Source: Pseudohongiellaceae bacterium
GTDB taxonomy: Bacteria > Pseudomonadota > Gammaproteobacteria > Pseudomonadales > Pseudohongiellaceae
Reading direction: 5' to 3'
NCBI GenBank assembly: GCA_051008235.1
Contig: JBPCXV010000117.1
Coordinates: forward strand, 4,197-68,196
DNA length: 64,000 nucleotides
Shown: positions 1 through 10,333 of the stretch, piece after piece
How positions within the stretch are numbered: the stretch's first letter is position 1
How the letters are laid out: every line of letters starts with the position of its first letter
Position numbers and translations under genes: made by a program
Notes under the pieces: model-generated
The model's database searches: none
What the model was told of the DNA's origin: nothing
Seen by the model: only the letters and a program-made list of their open reading frames with translations

Positions 1-694
1 GGAAATCAGCGGCGGTGTGGATATCGTTATCCCAAGCTCGCGTCTGGTAGTAGGCGTTGACCTGCGCACCCTGCTATTCCACAGCAGCGACCTCAGGGAA
101 TGGGGCATCGGCATCAACTTCGCCTGGATGGCGCACCCGAACAACCGCGGCCTCTCCCTAACCTTCAACCCCCAATGGGGCCCCACCAGCGGCCAGGCCA
201 ACAAACTCTGGCAGGCCACCCTCGGGGCGTTCAATCAGGATGGTGCCGGTGGCAATGCCTTTGGCGTAGCCAACAACTACGAAGGCAGCTACGGCCTGGA
301 AATAAAATACGGCCTCTCCATCCTCGAGAACGAAGACCTGCTTGAACTATACGCCCGCGGCAACCTCATCAACTACCGCGGAATGTCCCTCGGCGCCAAC
401 TTCAGCCTCGGCGAAACCTTCACCGCCGGCTACGAAGCCGCCCTCGGCTACGGCGGCCACGGCGGCACAAGCACCGGCCAAAACAACATATCCTCCATAA
501 CCTCCGCCACCCCCGGCACCCTGGACTACATAATGCGCAACCTGCAACCCGGTACCGCAGGCCACCAATACTTCAACACCGGCAGCACCTACACCTCCCC
601 CCTGCAACAGGCCACTGCCAACGGCCAATCCCCGGCGGCACCCACCCAACAACTAAACCACCGCGCTTACATCCGCTACCACAAGCGCTTCTAA
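1..694 (+). CDS. C-terminal fragment of an outer-membrane beta-barrel protein (autotransporter/porin-like); the 5-prime end lies outside the window
   Basis: The ORF is open to the window edge. It has Gly/aromatic-rich beta-strand-like segments (GLEIKYGLS, GANFSLGETFTAGYEAALGY). The terminal ...YIRYHKRF ends in Phe, the usual OMP C-terminal signature. Confidence 0.4.
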   Translation, partial: EISGGVDIVIPSSRLVVGVDLRTLLFHSSDLREWGIGINFAWMAHPNNRGLSLTFNPQWGPTSGQANKLWQATLGAFNQDGAGGNAFGVANNYEGSYGLEIKYGLSILENEDLLELYARGNLINYRGMSLGANFSLGETFTAGYEAALGYGGHGGTSTGQNNISSITSATPGTLDYIMRNLQPGTAGHQYFNTGSTYTSPLQQATANGQSPAAPTQQLNHRAYIRYHKRF

Positions 695-722
695 CACAAC
701 CATTCCCAAAATCTCACGAAAC

Positions 723-1646
723 ATGATAGAAATAATCAACCTTACCAGAAAGTTTAACCAGTTCATCGCCGTGGACGACCTGAGTTTCAGCGTTGCGGAG
801 GGCGAGGTGCTGGGTTTTCTCGGGCCTAATGGCGCCGGGAAATCTACTACTATGAAAGTCATTACCGGCTTTCTTTCCGCCAGTGCGGGCACGGTAACTA
901 TTGACGGCTACCGCATTGACAAAAACCCTCTTGCCGCCAAGGCACTCATCGGCTATCTGCCGGAAGGTGCGCCGTCTTACGGTGATATGACTACATTGGA
1001 GTTTCTGCACTTCATCGCCAAGATAAGGGGCTTCCGCGGCAAGGAAGCTGACGAACGGGTGCAGTGGGTGCTTAATGAGGTGGACCTTGGCAGTGTTGCC
1101 GGGCAAATCATTGACACGCTGTCCAAGGGTTTCAAGCGCAGGGTAGGGCTGGCCCAGGCCATCATGCACGACCCCAAGGTGCTGATTCTGGACGAGCCTA
1201 CCGACGGGCTTGACCCTAACCAGAAACATCAGGTTCGCGAACTCATCCGCCATCTTTCCCGCGACAAGATTGTGATTATCTCAACTCACATCCTGGAAGA
1301 AGTTACCGCAGTGTGCACCCGAGCCATCATTATTGACGAAGGCAGAATAGTTGCCGATGGCACCCCCGCAGAACTGGAAGCCCGTTCGCGCTATCACCAG
1401 GCCGTAACCGTGCGCCTGACCGAACCTTACAACCCCGCGCCCGACCTCGAGAACATCAACACCATCGGCACCGTGGAACAAGATGCAACAGATGAATTAT
1501 GCTTCACCGTTTTTTCCAGCGAAGGCGAATCAATCTTCGCCAAAGTTTCCGAAGTTGCCCAGACGCGGCAATGGCCGGTTAAAGAGTTCCATGTTAATCA
1601 GGGACAACTGGAAGATGTGTTCCGCAACGTAACCAATCCTGCGTGA
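723..1646 (+). CDS. ABC transporter ATP-binding protein (ABC-2/GldA-like)
   Basis: Walker A GPNGAGKST, ABC signature LSKGFKRR and Walker B LILDEPTDGLD. It is followed by an ABC-2 permease. Confidence 0.9.
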   Translation: MIEIINLTRKFNQFIAVDDLSFSVAEGEVLGFLGPNGAGKSTTMKVITGFLSASAGTVTIDGYRIDKNPLAAKALIGYLPEGAPSYGDMTTLEFLHFIAKIRGFRGKEADERVQWVLNEVDLGSVAGQIIDTLSKGFKRRVGLAQAIMHDPKVLILDEPTDGLDPNQKHQVRELIRHLSRDKIVIISTHILEEVTAVCTRAIIIDEGRIVADGTPAELEARSRYHQAVTVRLTEPYNPAPDLENINTIGTVEQDATDELCFTVFSSEGESIFAKVSEVAQTRQWPVKEFHVNQGQLEDVFRNVTNPA

Positions 1647-1653
1647 AGTAATG

Positions 1654-1766
1654 TTAGACAGACAGGGCGAATTAGCCAGACGAAACAGCAAGACAAGTTA
1701 GTCAGACGAGACAGCGAGACGAGTTAGCCAGACGAGACATCAAGATAAAGTAAGACAGATATACAG
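1654..1766. repeat. ~26-bp tandem repeat (about 4 copies, decaying) between the ABC ATPase and permease genes
   Basis: ttagccagacgaaacagcaagacaag (1672-1697) / ttagtcagacgagacagcgagacgag (1698-1723) / ttagccagacgagacatcaagataaag (1724-1750), plus partial copies on both sides. Confidence 0.85.
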
Positions 1767-1775
1767 GAGATCACC

Positions 1776-2510
1776 GTGGGAAATTTAGGCATCATATTCA
1801 AGCGTGAACTAATGGGTTACTTTGCGACACCATTGGCTTATGTGTTCATCGTAATCTTCTTGGTAACCAATGGCTTCTTCACCTTTGACTTGGGCGGCTT
1901 CTACGCCAGAGGTCAGGCCGACCTGTTGCCATTCTTCAGCTTCCACCCTTGGCTATACCTGTTCATGGTACCCGCCGTCGCCATGACATTATGGGCCGAC
2001 GAACGCAAAACCGGCACCATTGAGCTACTGCTCACCCTGCCAATCCGCCTGTCCGACGCCGTGCTTGGCAAATTCCTCGCCGCCTGGACACTCACCGGAG
2101 TCGCCCTGCTACTCACCTTCCCAATCTGGATTACCGTAAACTACCTGGGCAACCCCGACAACGGCGTAATCATAACCGCCTACATCGGCAGCTGGCTCAT
2201 GGCCGGCAGCTTCCTGGCCGTAGGCTCCTGCATGTCAGCCTCCACCCGCAACCCGGTAATCGCCTTCATCCTCACCGTAAGCCTGTGCTTCCTTTTCGTG
2301 CTGCTGGGCTCCCCCGTCCTGCAAAGCATCTTCCCCGACTGGCTACCACAATGGCTGGTAGATGCCCTCGCACAACTCGGCTTCATGACCCACTTTGATT
2401 CCATAGCCAAAGGCATACTGGACATCCGCGACATACTATTCTTCGCCGTATTCATGGCCGCCTGGCTAACAGCCACCGCTATTGTCATTGAGATGAAGAA
2501 GGCAAGTTGA
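1776..2510 (+). CDS. ABC-2 type transporter permease (GldF-like)
   Basis: Polytopic hydrophobic 244-aa protein with a GTG start after GGAGA. It lies in an operon between the ATPase and a GldG-like protein. Confidence 0.8.
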   Translation: MGNLGIIFKRELMGYFATPLAYVFIVIFLVTNGFFTFDLGGFYARGQADLLPFFSFHPWLYLFMVPAVAMTLWADERKTGTIELLLTLPIRLSDAVLGKFLAAWTLTGVALLLTFPIWITVNYLGNPDNGVIITAYIGSWLMAGSFLAVGSCMSASTRNPVIAFILTVSLCFLFVLLGSPVLQSIFPDWLPQWLVDALAQLGFMTHFDSIAKGILDIRDILFFAVFMAAWLTATAIVIEMKKAS

Positions 2511-2556
2511 GAACAACGAACGAGTGTAATAAATAGGCAACGCAGGAGAAGCAACC

Positions 2557-4596
2557 GTGAAACAGTTCAGAACATTGGTATCAGGCATCGGCCTCGCCGC
2601 AGTTGCGGCGGCATTGGTGCTGCTCGTTGCCGTCATCGCCTTCCTGCCCGGATGGCGCATTGATCTCACCGAGGATAAACTTTACACACTGTCGGATGGC
2701 ACACGCAATATCGTCAGCAACTTGGAACAACCCATAGACCTGCTATTCTTCTACTCCGACAGCCTCACCGAAGACCTGCCACAAATCAGAGGATACGCCA
2801 CCAGAGTCCAGGAGCTGCTGGAAGAAATTGTAATCGCCGGCGAAGGAAACCTGTCGCTGCAAACAATTGACCCCGAACCCTTCTCAGAAGGCGAAGACAT
2901 GGCCTCCCAATACGGCGTACAAAAAGTCGCCATAGTCCAGGGCAGGGAAGAAATTTACTTCGGCCTCGTGGCCGTAAGCAACCCCACAGTCTCAGAAGAA
3001 AACCCGTTCGCCTCAGTAAGCTCCGACACCCTGCCACTCATCCGCCCCGACCAGGAACAGTTTCTGGAATATGAAGTAATGAAACTGGTCACCAACGCGG
3101 CCTACCCGCAACGCCCCATCATCGGCCTGCTCACTCCGCTTGATATTGACGGCGGCCTTGACCCCACCACCAGCCAACCCACCGAACCGTGGATGATTAT
3201 GGACATCATCCGCCAACTCTACGCCGTGCGCCGAATAGAAACCGACGCCGACACCATTGACGACGACATCACCATCCTGCTACTAATCCACCCCGAAGGC
3301 CTCTCCGAACAAATGCTATACGCCATTGACCAGCATGTGATGCGCGGCGGCAAAGTAATGGCATTCCTTGACCCGAACGCAGACTCACTGGTAGGCCGCT
3401 CACCCCAGGGCACACTAGTCCCCGCCGGCACACGCTCCGATTTACCCGGCCTGCTACAAGCCTGGGGCGTCGCCTACGACAGCAGCAAAGTGCTCACCGA
3501 CAACCAACTCGCCCTGCGCGTAACCCTCGGCCAAACCGGCCGCGCCATGCCCCACCTGAGCATGCTCGGCATACAACGCGACTATCTCGCCATTGACGAC
3601 ATCGTCACCGACAACCTGGAAAGCATCAACCTGTCATCCACCGGCGTCATAAGCCCACTGGAAAACGCCACCACCAGCTTTGACCCAATACTTCAATCCT
3701 CAACCGACGCCATGCTAATGGACGCCACCATACTGGAAAACCTCACCGACCCCACCACCCTGTTCAACCAGTTCGCCTCCATGAATCAAAGCTATGTAAT
3801 CGCTGCGCGAATAAACGGAGTAATCAACACCGCCTTCCCCGATGGCCGCCCGCCGGAGCCGGTGGAGGATGAAGCAGAGAGCGATGCGGGGGATAGTGGC
3901 ACAGAGAATCAGGAAGCGACATCCGGTGATGAAGCAGGGGCGGGAGATGACACGACAAATCAGCAAGCTGATACAGAAGCGGGAGACGAGAATACTGCGG
4001 AAGACGACATCCCCGCCGCAGAACACCTCACCACAACCGATGATGAAACCACTCTGTTCATCTTCGCCGACAGCGATATGTTAAGCGACCATCTCTGGGT
4101 GCAAATACTCCAGTTCCTCGGCCAACGCATCCCGCAAGCCTTCGCCAACAACAGCGACTTGATAGTTAACGCTCTGGATAATTTGTCCGGCGGTGCCGAT
4201 CTGGTTAGCATCCGCAGCCGCGGCCGCTATTCCCGACCTTTCACCACAGTCATTGAACTGCAACGCCAGGCAGACGACCAACTACGACAAGACGAAGCCG
4301 AGTTACAAAGACACGTAGCCGACGCCGAAGCACAAGTAGCCCAACTCAGCCAGGACGAAGAAGGCCAACCCCTAACCCAAATCACACCAGAAATTCAGGC
4401 CCAGGTGGACCGCCTTAACGCAGACCTGCTACAAACCCGCCGCCGCCTGCGCGAAGTACAATACGAACTAACAGCAGACATAGAACGCCTGGGCAGCAAC
4501 CTGAAATGGCTAAACACTCTGGCCATTCCCGCGCTGCTAACCATCCTGGCCTTGCTCACGAATTGGTTGCGTACTCGGCGCAAAGCAAATCCTTAG
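2557..4596 (+). CDS. GldG-like ABC transporter auxiliary protein (N- and C-terminal TM anchors)
   Basis: 679 aa with an N-terminal TM (GLAAVAAALVLLVAVIAFL), a C-terminal coiled coil plus TM, and an acidic low-complexity insertion. Third gene of the ABC-2 operon, as in gldAFG-type systems. Confidence 0.7.
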   Translation: MKQFRTLVSGIGLAAVAAALVLLVAVIAFLPGWRIDLTEDKLYTLSDGTRNIVSNLEQPIDLLFFYSDSLTEDLPQIRGYATRVQELLEEIVIAGEGNLSLQTIDPEPFSEGEDMASQYGVQKVAIVQGREEIYFGLVAVSNPTVSEENPFASVSSDTLPLIRPDQEQFLEYEVMKLVTNAAYPQRPIIGLLTPLDIDGGLDPTTSQPTEPWMIMDIIRQLYAVRRIETDADTIDDDITILLLIHPEGLSEQMLYAIDQHVMRGGKVMAFLDPNADSLVGRSPQGTLVPAGTRSDLPGLLQAWGVAYDSSKVLTDNQLALRVTLGQTGRAMPHLSMLGIQRDYLAIDDIVTDNLESINLSSTGVISPLENATTSFDPILQSSTDAMLMDATILENLTDPTTLFNQFASMNQSYVIAARINGVINTAFPDGRPPEPVEDEAESDAGDSGTENQEATSGDEAGAGDDTTNQQADTEAGDENTAEDDIPAAEHLTTTDDETTLFIFADSDMLSDHLWVQILQFLGQRIPQAFANNSDLIVNALDNLSGGADLVSIRSRGRYSRPFTTVIELQRQADDQLRQDEAELQRHVADAEAQVAQLSQDEEGQPLTQITPEIQAQVDRLNADLLQTRRRLREVQYELTADIERLGSNLKWLNTLAIPALLTILALLTNWLRTRRKANP

Positions 4597-4618
4597 TCCT
4601 TTATGGGGGTACCTGCTT

Positions 4619-6016
4619 TCATCGCGCCTTTAAGGTGGCTTTGGCGGCGGTGATGGCTGACTTTACTGTAGCGGGTGCAGTGCCGCCAATGTGGTTGCGG
4701 GCGTTTATTGAACCTTCCAGAGTGAGCACCTTAAATACATCTTCTTCAATAAGGTTGGAATGTGTTTGTAGTGTTTCCAATGGCAAAGCCGCCAAATCAA
4801 TACCTTGAGCAATAGCATCCGCCACAGTTTTGCCCACCACCTCATGTGCATCACGAAACGGTAGCCCTTTCTTTACCAAGTAATCGGCCAAGTCAGTGGC
4901 CGTCCCGTAACCTTGAGCAGCGGCTTCACGCATTCGCTCGCGCTTGCAGCTAACCGCGGACATCATATCGGCAAACACGGCCAAACAATCCTTAACTGTA
5001 TCCACCACATCGAACACCGGTTCTTTATCTTCCTGATTATCTTTATTATAAGCCAACGGCTGCGCCTTCATTAACATGAGCAAACTCATCAAATGCCCGG
5101 CAACTCTGCCACTCTTGCCACGCACCAACTCCGGCACATCGGGGTTCTTTTTCTGTGGCATTATTGAGGAACCAGTGCAGAACCTGTCAGGCAGTTCAAT
5201 AAAGCCAAACTGCGTGGATGTCCACAACACCAACTCTTCAGAAAATCGCGACAAATGCATCATCAACAAACTACAACAAGCCGCCAACTCAATAACAAAA
5301 TCCCGGTCAGACACCGAGTCAAGCGAATTTTTTGTAGCACCATCAAACCCCAACTCTTTCGCTGTAAACTCACGTTCAACAGGATAACCGGCACCAGCCA
5401 ACGCCGCCGCACCCAGCGGTGAAACATTAAGCCGCTTGCGGCAATCAACAAGGCGGCTATAATCCCGCTCCAACATTTCATACCAGGCCATAATATGATG
5501 ACCAAAAGTAACCGGCTGCGCTACTTGCAGATGAGTAAAGCCCGGCATAATAGTGTCAACCTCCCGCCCTGCCAGTTCAACCAGATTGTGCTGGAATCCG
5601 CCTAGCAATTTCAAAATATCATCAATCTCATCACGCACATACAAGCGCAAATCAGTAGCCACCTGATCATTACGCGACCGCCCGGTATGCAACTTCCGCC
5701 CCACCGCCCCAATACGATTAATCAACGCCGCCTCAATATTAGTATGAACATCCTCCAGCGCCACCGACCACTCAAACTCACCACGCTCAATCTCACCACC
5801 AATAGCCGCAAGCCCGACCTCAATCTCCTTCAACTCCGCCGCACCGAGCACCCCCACCCGAGCCAACATTCGGGCATGCGCCAGCGAGCCCTCAATATCC
5901 TGCCGATACAACCGCCAATCAAACCCCGCCGACGCAGTGAAACGCTCAACACTGGCATCAGTGCCCTCGCTAAACCTGCCAGCCCAGAATTTATGTGCCT
6001 GCTTCTTGTCACTCAT
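4619..6016 (-). CDS. argH: argininosuccinate lyase
   Basis: Fumarate-lyase family motifs [12 protein letters not shown] and [12 protein letters not shown]. The 465-aa length is typical. Confidence 0.95.
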   Translation of the reverse strand: MSDKKQAHKFWAGRFSEGTDASVERFTASAGFDWRLYRQDIEGSLAHARMLARVGVLGAAELKEIEVGLAAIGGEIERGEFEWSVALEDVHTNIEAALINRIGAVGRKLHTGRSRNDQVATDLRLYVRDEIDDILKLLGGFQHNLVELAGREVDTIMPGFTHLQVAQPVTFGHHIMAWYEMLERDYSRLVDCRKRLNVSPLGAAALAGAGYPVEREFTAKELGFDGATKNSLDSVSDRDFVIELAACCSLLMMHLSRFSEELVLWTSTQFGFIELPDRFCTGSSIMPQKKNPDVPELVRGKSGRVAGHLMSLLMLMKAQPLAYNKDNQEDKEPVFDVVDTVKDCLAVFADMMSAVSCKRERMREAAAQGYGTATDLADYLVKKGLPFRDAHEVVGKTVADAIAQGIDLAALPLETLQTHSNLIEEDVFKVLTLEGSINARNHIGGTAPATVKSAITAAKATLKAR

Positions 6017-6114
6017 AATTCATTACTCATCACACACCACACGAAAGAACGTATTATAATACATCAACAAGCCATATCCATCCCGCTCCAACACAGGCTT
6101 AAAGGAATCCCATA

Positions 6115-7041
6115 ATGACAAATAACACTTTAACAATCGCCACCCGCGAAAGCCCACTGGCTTTATGGCAAGCCGAATATGCCCGGCGAACGCTACAACA
6201 CCACCACCCAAAACTAACAGTTGAACTACTACCCATGACCACCAGCGGCGACAAAATGCTTGATGCCCCATTGGCAAAAGAGGGCGGCAAAGCCCTGTTC
6301 ATAAAAGAGTTGGAGCAAGCCCTGCTGGATGAACAAGCCGACCTCGCCGTCCACTCAATGAAAGATGTACCAATGGATTTCCCCCCCGGCCTCGGCCTGG
6401 CCGTAATATGCGAACGCGGCGACCCCCACGACGCCTTCATCGCCAACACCTGCCCCCAACTTTCAGACCTACCATCCGGCGCCCGCCTTGGCACATCCAG
6501 CTTGCGCCGCCAATGCCAACTTGCCGCACTACGCCCCGACTTGCACATCACCAACCTCCGCGGCAACGTAGGCACTCGCCTCAACAAACTTGCACAAGGC
6601 GAATACGACGCCATCATCCTCGCCGCCGCCGGCCTGCAACGCCTCAACCTGGCCAAACAAATCCGCCACACACTAAACACCAGCGATTGCCTGCCCGCCG
6701 CCGGCCAGGGCGCCATAGGCATTGAATGCCGCACCGAAGACCTGAACACCCTGCGCCTCATAGACTGCCTGCACCACCAACCCAGCGCCACCCGCATACA
6801 AGCCGAACGCGCCGTCAACGCCCGCCTGCAAGGCGGCTGCCACACCCCCATCGCCGCCTACGCCGAACTAAACGGCCAACAACTCTACCTGCGCGCCCTG
6901 GTAGGCAATCCGAACGGCAGCCAAATCCTCAAAGCCGAACGCACCGACAACACCCGCCACGCCGAACAACTGGGAATAAAAGTAGCCGAAGACCTCCTCG
7001 CCCAAGGCGCCGAGACAATTCTGGCCGCCTGTCGGGATTAG
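6115..7041 (+). CDS. hemC: hydroxymethylbilane synthase (porphobilinogen deaminase)
   Basis: [14 protein letters not shown] and LRGNVGTRL motifs; 308 aa; upstream of hemD/X/Y. Confidence 0.95.
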   Translation: MTNNTLTIATRESPLALWQAEYARRTLQHHHPKLTVELLPMTTSGDKMLDAPLAKEGGKALFIKELEQALLDEQADLAVHSMKDVPMDFPPGLGLAVICERGDPHDAFIANTCPQLSDLPSGARLGTSSLRRQCQLAALRPDLHITNLRGNVGTRLNKLAQGEYDAIILAAAGLQRLNLAKQIRHTLNTSDCLPAAGQGAIGIECRTEDLNTLRLIDCLHHQPSATRIQAERAVNARLQGGCHTPIAAYAELNGQQLYLRALVGNPNGSQILKAERTDNTRHAEQLGIKVAEDLLAQGAETILAACRD

Positions 7042-7117
7042 TGTTTAAGGTCTGGTGGTTGAGGGTCTGGGCCGCCAGATGCTTGATTTGCCTTGTATTT
7101 ATTAAGCCAAAGACTCG

Positions 7118-7146
7118 TTGCGTTTATTTCGTTTATGCGCTATGCT
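7118..7146 (+). promoter_or_regulatory. Candidate sigma70-type promoter for the HTH-PIN pair
   Basis: TTGCGT (7118-7123), a 17-nt spacer, then TATGCT (7141-7146), about 47 nt upstream of the ATG at 7193. Confidence 0.3.
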
Positions 7147-7192
7147 GTCAAGTCGCTATACTATTAGTACGGGAAATGACGAGGATTTCGCT

Positions 7193-7657
7193 ATGAGCAC
7201 GGTTACCGATATCGTTCAATTCGCGCCCAGCGCCCGGGATACTGCCACCGCAAGGGAGTCTGCCCGAATATTATCTCGCCATCATGCGCAGACAAAAGCC
7301 CCGCTCAAGCTTCAAATTACTGGCAGCAAACAAACGGAACCAATTGAACTTCCCGCCGGTGCCGTACCTCTGCTTAAAGACATCCTTGAAAAAATGGCAG
7401 TAGGCCACGGTATTGCCATTATCCCGGAGGGTGCTGAACTTACTACCGCCCAGGCGGCTAACATCCTGAATGTATCACGACCATTCCTCGTCAAACTCAT
7501 TGATGAAAACAAAATCCCCCACCGCAAGGTCGGCACCCACAGACGAATTCTCATTGAAGATCTCATAAAGTATATGCATGAGATTGAGCGGCGTGAGACG
7601 ATACTTGATCAGATAGTTGCCGAATCCCAAAAAATGGGTTTGTATGAGGTTGACTAA
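7193..7657 (+). CDS. Helix-turn-helix (excisionase/MerR-like HTH) antitoxin of a PIN toxin-antitoxin pair
   Basis: C-terminal HTH TTAQAANILNVSRPFLVKLIDENKIPHRKVGTHRRI. The stop is 2 nt before the PIN gene start. The internal ATG at 7193 is preferred over the ORF-track start at 7118. Confidence 0.7.
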   Translation: MSTVTDIVQFAPSARDTATARESARILSRHHAQTKAPLKLQITGSKQTEPIELPAGAVPLLKDILEKMAVGHGIAIIPEGAELTTAQAANILNVSRPFLVKLIDENKIPHRKVGTHRRILIEDLIKYMHEIERRETILDQIVAESQKMGLYEVD

Positions 7658-7659
7658 TA

Positions 7660-8220
7660 GTGAGTCGCCACATTGCTATTATTGATGCTAATGTACTTTA
7701 CTCAGCACCAATACGGGATGTTTTAATACAGATTGCAGTTGCCGGTCTGTTTGATGTGCGGTGGACAGAGGATATTCATAAAGAATGGATTGAAAACTTG
7801 CTTCGCAAAAGACCAGATCTCAAACGGGCCTCGATTGAACGCACGCATGACGAAATGAACGATGCCATCCCCAATTGTCTTGTAAGCGGATACAAACAAA
7901 TCATCCCTACCCTTGTACTTCCTGACCCCGATGATTATCATGTTCTCGCCGCCGCAATCACAGCCCGTTGCGATGTGATTGTCACACAAAACCTGAAGGA
8001 CTTCCCTCAGACGGCTCTTTCTCCCCACGGGATTGATGCTCAGCATCCTGATGATTTTCTTCACAAACATCTGCAACTCTTTCAGAAAGAGTTTTGTGCT
8101 GGTTTGCATAAAGCTCGGAATCGTCTAAAAAATCCATCGTATAGCACTGAACAATACCTTGAAAATCTCAAGCAACATGGATTAGTCAAGACAGTCGCCA
8201 AGCTTGAGCAGTTACTATGA
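7660..8220 (+). CDS. PIN-domain ribonuclease toxin (VapC-like)
   Basis: N-terminal IAIIDANVL acidic motif and C-terminal HVLAAAITARCDVIVTQNLKDF, typical of PIN domains. It is paired with an upstream HTH protein and has a GTG start. Confidence 0.75.
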   Translation: MSRHIAIIDANVLYSAPIRDVLIQIAVAGLFDVRWTEDIHKEWIENLLRKRPDLKRASIERTHDEMNDAIPNCLVSGYKQIIPTLVLPDPDDYHVLAAAITARCDVIVTQNLKDFPQTALSPHGIDAQHPDDFLHKHLQLFQKEFCAGLHKARNRLKNPSYSTEQYLENLKQHGLVKTVAKLEQLL

Positions 8221-9089
8221 TGCCTCCCACACTTCCCGCCAATCTTGTTGTGTTAAATACTCGCCCCGCTCGGCAACAGGCGCAGTTAACTGCCGCTATT
8301 GAGCAGGCCGGGGGGAGGGTGGTGTCTTTGCCGATGATTGAGATAGAGGCCTTGGAGGATGCGGAGGCGGTTGCCCGGATTCGTAGTCAGATTAACGAAC
8401 TGGAAAGATTTGATATGTTGATTTTTGTTAGTGCTAATGCGGCTGAAATTGGTGTCGGGTGGATTGAACAGTTTTGGCCTGGGTTATTGAATGAATTGCC
8501 GCAGAGATTGCCGAAAGAGTTGACTATAATAGGTGTGGGCCCCGCTACGGGTGCGGTGCTGCAAGAGCGGCTTGGTGTGCCTGTTGTTAGTGCGGCGGAT
8601 AGCACGGGCAGTGAGGCGGTGTTGCAGTTGCCTGCGCTGTTCCAGGTGTCGGGTCAGCGGGTTGCTATCATACGCGGTTGTGGCGGACGGGAATTGTTGG
8701 CGGACACTTTGCGCGAGCGTGGTGCCGAGGTGGAGTATATAGAAGTTTATCGTCGCACTCCCTGTCGCTACCCGCCCGCCGAAGTTGCCAACCGCATTAA
8801 GCAGGAAGGTGTTAATGCTATTGTTATTACCAGCGCTGAATCTCTGATAAGCTTCAAGGCAGCGCTGACTGGTGATGCCGATGTTGTTGATGTTGGCAAT
8901 GCCAGTGGTGGCACTATTACTAATAGTCCCGCTAACATAGGTGCCGCGAGTTTGATACCATTGGTGGTGCCCTCGGCGCGGATAGCAGACCAGGCGGGCA
9001 AGGCGGGTTTTCGGCGGGTTATCAGTGCCGATGGTAGCGACCCGCAGTCATTGCTGGCTGCTCTGGCTACATTATCTGCTTCTGCCTAA
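8217..9089 (+). CDS. hemD: uroporphyrinogen-III synthase
   Basis: Position in the hemC-D-X-Y order and a two-lobed HEM4-like sequence (VLNTRPARQQ...). Its start overlaps the PIN stop (ATGA). Confidence 0.8.
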   Translation: MMPPTLPANLVVLNTRPARQQAQLTAAIEQAGGRVVSLPMIEIEALEDAEAVARIRSQINELERFDMLIFVSANAAEIGVGWIEQFWPGLLNELPQRLPKELTIIGVGPATGAVLQERLGVPVVSAADSTGSEAVLQLPALFQVSGQRVAIIRGCGGRELLADTLRERGAEVEYIEVYRRTPCRYPPAEVANRIKQEGVNAIVITSAESLISFKAALTGDADVVDVGNASGGTITNSPANIGAASLIPLVVPSARIADQAGKAGFRRVISADGSDPQSLLAALATLSASA

Positions 9090-9135
9090 AGCACACATCA
9101 TCCAAAAGCGACCCACCGAACCGGAGGAATCAGAA

Positions 9136-10281
9136 TTGACTCAAGCAAAGAAAAAGGCCGCTCCGAAAAAAGCCCCCGAGATTTTGGATGACATTGCCAA
9201 AAGCAGCGGCACATCCTCATCAGGACGTAAGCGCAAGGCTATGCGTCGCCTGTTTCTATTTCTGGTGATAGTCGTGCCCCTGTTTGCAATAACGGGTTAT
9301 GTGGGTTACCAGCAGTGGTTGTTGCAAGACCGTCTGAGCCGGGGCGACACCGACAACACCACGCTTACCAACACGCTTGCCGAACAGTCGGCCACTATCG
9401 CTGAGTTACAACAGCAACTTGAGAGCCTCAACCAGCGCATTAACGAATCCGCAACGGTTGATGACTCGGAGTTGCAAGCAAGCGAGCAAAACCTGAGACG
9501 GGAAATAACCCGGCTTGACCGGCAACTTGCCGAAGAAGAACAGGCACTGCAAGAGTTACAGGCGCAAATAACAGGAGGCGCGAAGCCCGACCTGAGCTGG
9601 AAACTGCGCGAAGCCGATTTGCTGGTGAGCATAGCCGGCCGCAAGCTGCAACTGGATGGCGATGTGAGCACCGCCATAGCCCTGCTCACCGCCGCCGATG
9701 CAGCTCTGGTAAGCTCCACTAACCCCAATATATTCCAGGCACGCGAAGCACTGGCTGCCGACCTGACAAGCCTGCGTGAAATAACACAGCCCAATCGCAA
9801 TGACCTTTACCTGAGGCTTGGCGAACTACTTCAAGACCTGGAACAGATAGACATTCTCAACTCAATGCGCCAGAACTATGAGCAACGGCGCACTACCGAA
9901 ACTCCGGCAGAGAATGGCCTCATCGCCGGCAGCCTTAACTTCCTCTCATCCGTATTCGTCTGGCGCGAGCGGGAAAATGCGACCGCAGTTGCAAGTCAGT
10001 CCACGCTGGCACCGGATCAGGAAATGCTCATCAAACAACAACTGCGCTTGATGCTGGAGCAAGCCCGGCTGGCACTTTATAGCAGAGACAATGCACTCTA
10101 TCGCAGCAGCCTGACCAACATCCTTACTGAACTGCAACGTTACACGACTGCTGACGAGCAAGCCAAACAGGCCACCATCGCCGAACTGAATGAACTGATA
10201 AACATTGATGTGAACCCCACACTACCAAACTTGACACGCAGCGCAACACGCATAGCGCAACTGATAGCAGCCGAAAACTAA
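9136..10281 (+). CDS. hemX: HemX-like membrane protein (putative uroporphyrinogen-III C-methyltransferase family)
   Basis: Lys-rich N-terminus, a single TM (LFLFLVIVVPLFAITGYVGY) and a Gln/Leu-rich coiled coil. Synteny places it after hemD. A TTG at 9136, preceded by GGAGGA, is preferred to the ORF-track ATG at 9025, which would overlap hemD. Confidence 0.65.
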   Translation: MTQAKKKAAPKKAPEILDDIAKSSGTSSSGRKRKAMRRLFLFLVIVVPLFAITGYVGYQQWLLQDRLSRGDTDNTTLTNTLAEQSATIAELQQQLESLNQRINESATVDDSELQASEQNLRREITRLDRQLAEEEQALQELQAQITGGAKPDLSWKLREADLLVSIAGRKLQLDGDVSTAIALLTAADAALVSSTNPNIFQAREALAADLTSLREITQPNRNDLYLRLGELLQDLEQIDILNSMRQNYEQRRTTETPAENGLIAGSLNFLSSVFVWRERENATAVASQSTLAPDQEMLIKQQLRLMLEQARLALYSRDNALYRSSLTNILTELQRYTTADEQAKQATIAELNELINIDVNPTLPNLTRSATRIAQLIAAEN

Positions 10282-10333
10282 CAGGCATTCAGAAAACGGG
10301 CGAACACGAACACATTAACCTGATGGATTCGCA

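Noticed and set aside
723-4596. The ABC-2 transporter (ATPase/permease/GldG-like) as the missing exporter for the double-glycine peptides.
   Set aside because: It has no C39 peptidase domain and no fused TMD-NBD bacteriocin-exporter architecture. It lies 15 kb away, separated by many housekeeping genes on both strands. It resembles gldAFG-type ABC-2 systems instead.
6099-6851. 250-aa minus-strand ORF, plus the Pro/Arg-rich + strand ORFs at 6408-6725 and 6726-7196, all overlapping hemC.
   Set aside because: These are shadow ORFs in alternative frames of a GC-rich, well-supported gene (hemC). They are low-complexity and R/P/A-rich, with no RBS and no recognisable motifs.
7118-7192. N-terminally extended ORF-track starts. 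These are 7118 (antitoxin), 13119 (trxA), 17839 (hslR), 18608 (HAD), 29079 (tsaD), 31863 (cca), 47622 (amgK), 51178 (zinc-ribbon protein), 55420 (trpE) and 9025 (hemX).
   Set aside because: The extensions lack homology to the respective families, overlap upstream genes or repeats, and have no RBS. Internal starts give canonical N-termini preceded by Shine-Dalgarno sequences.
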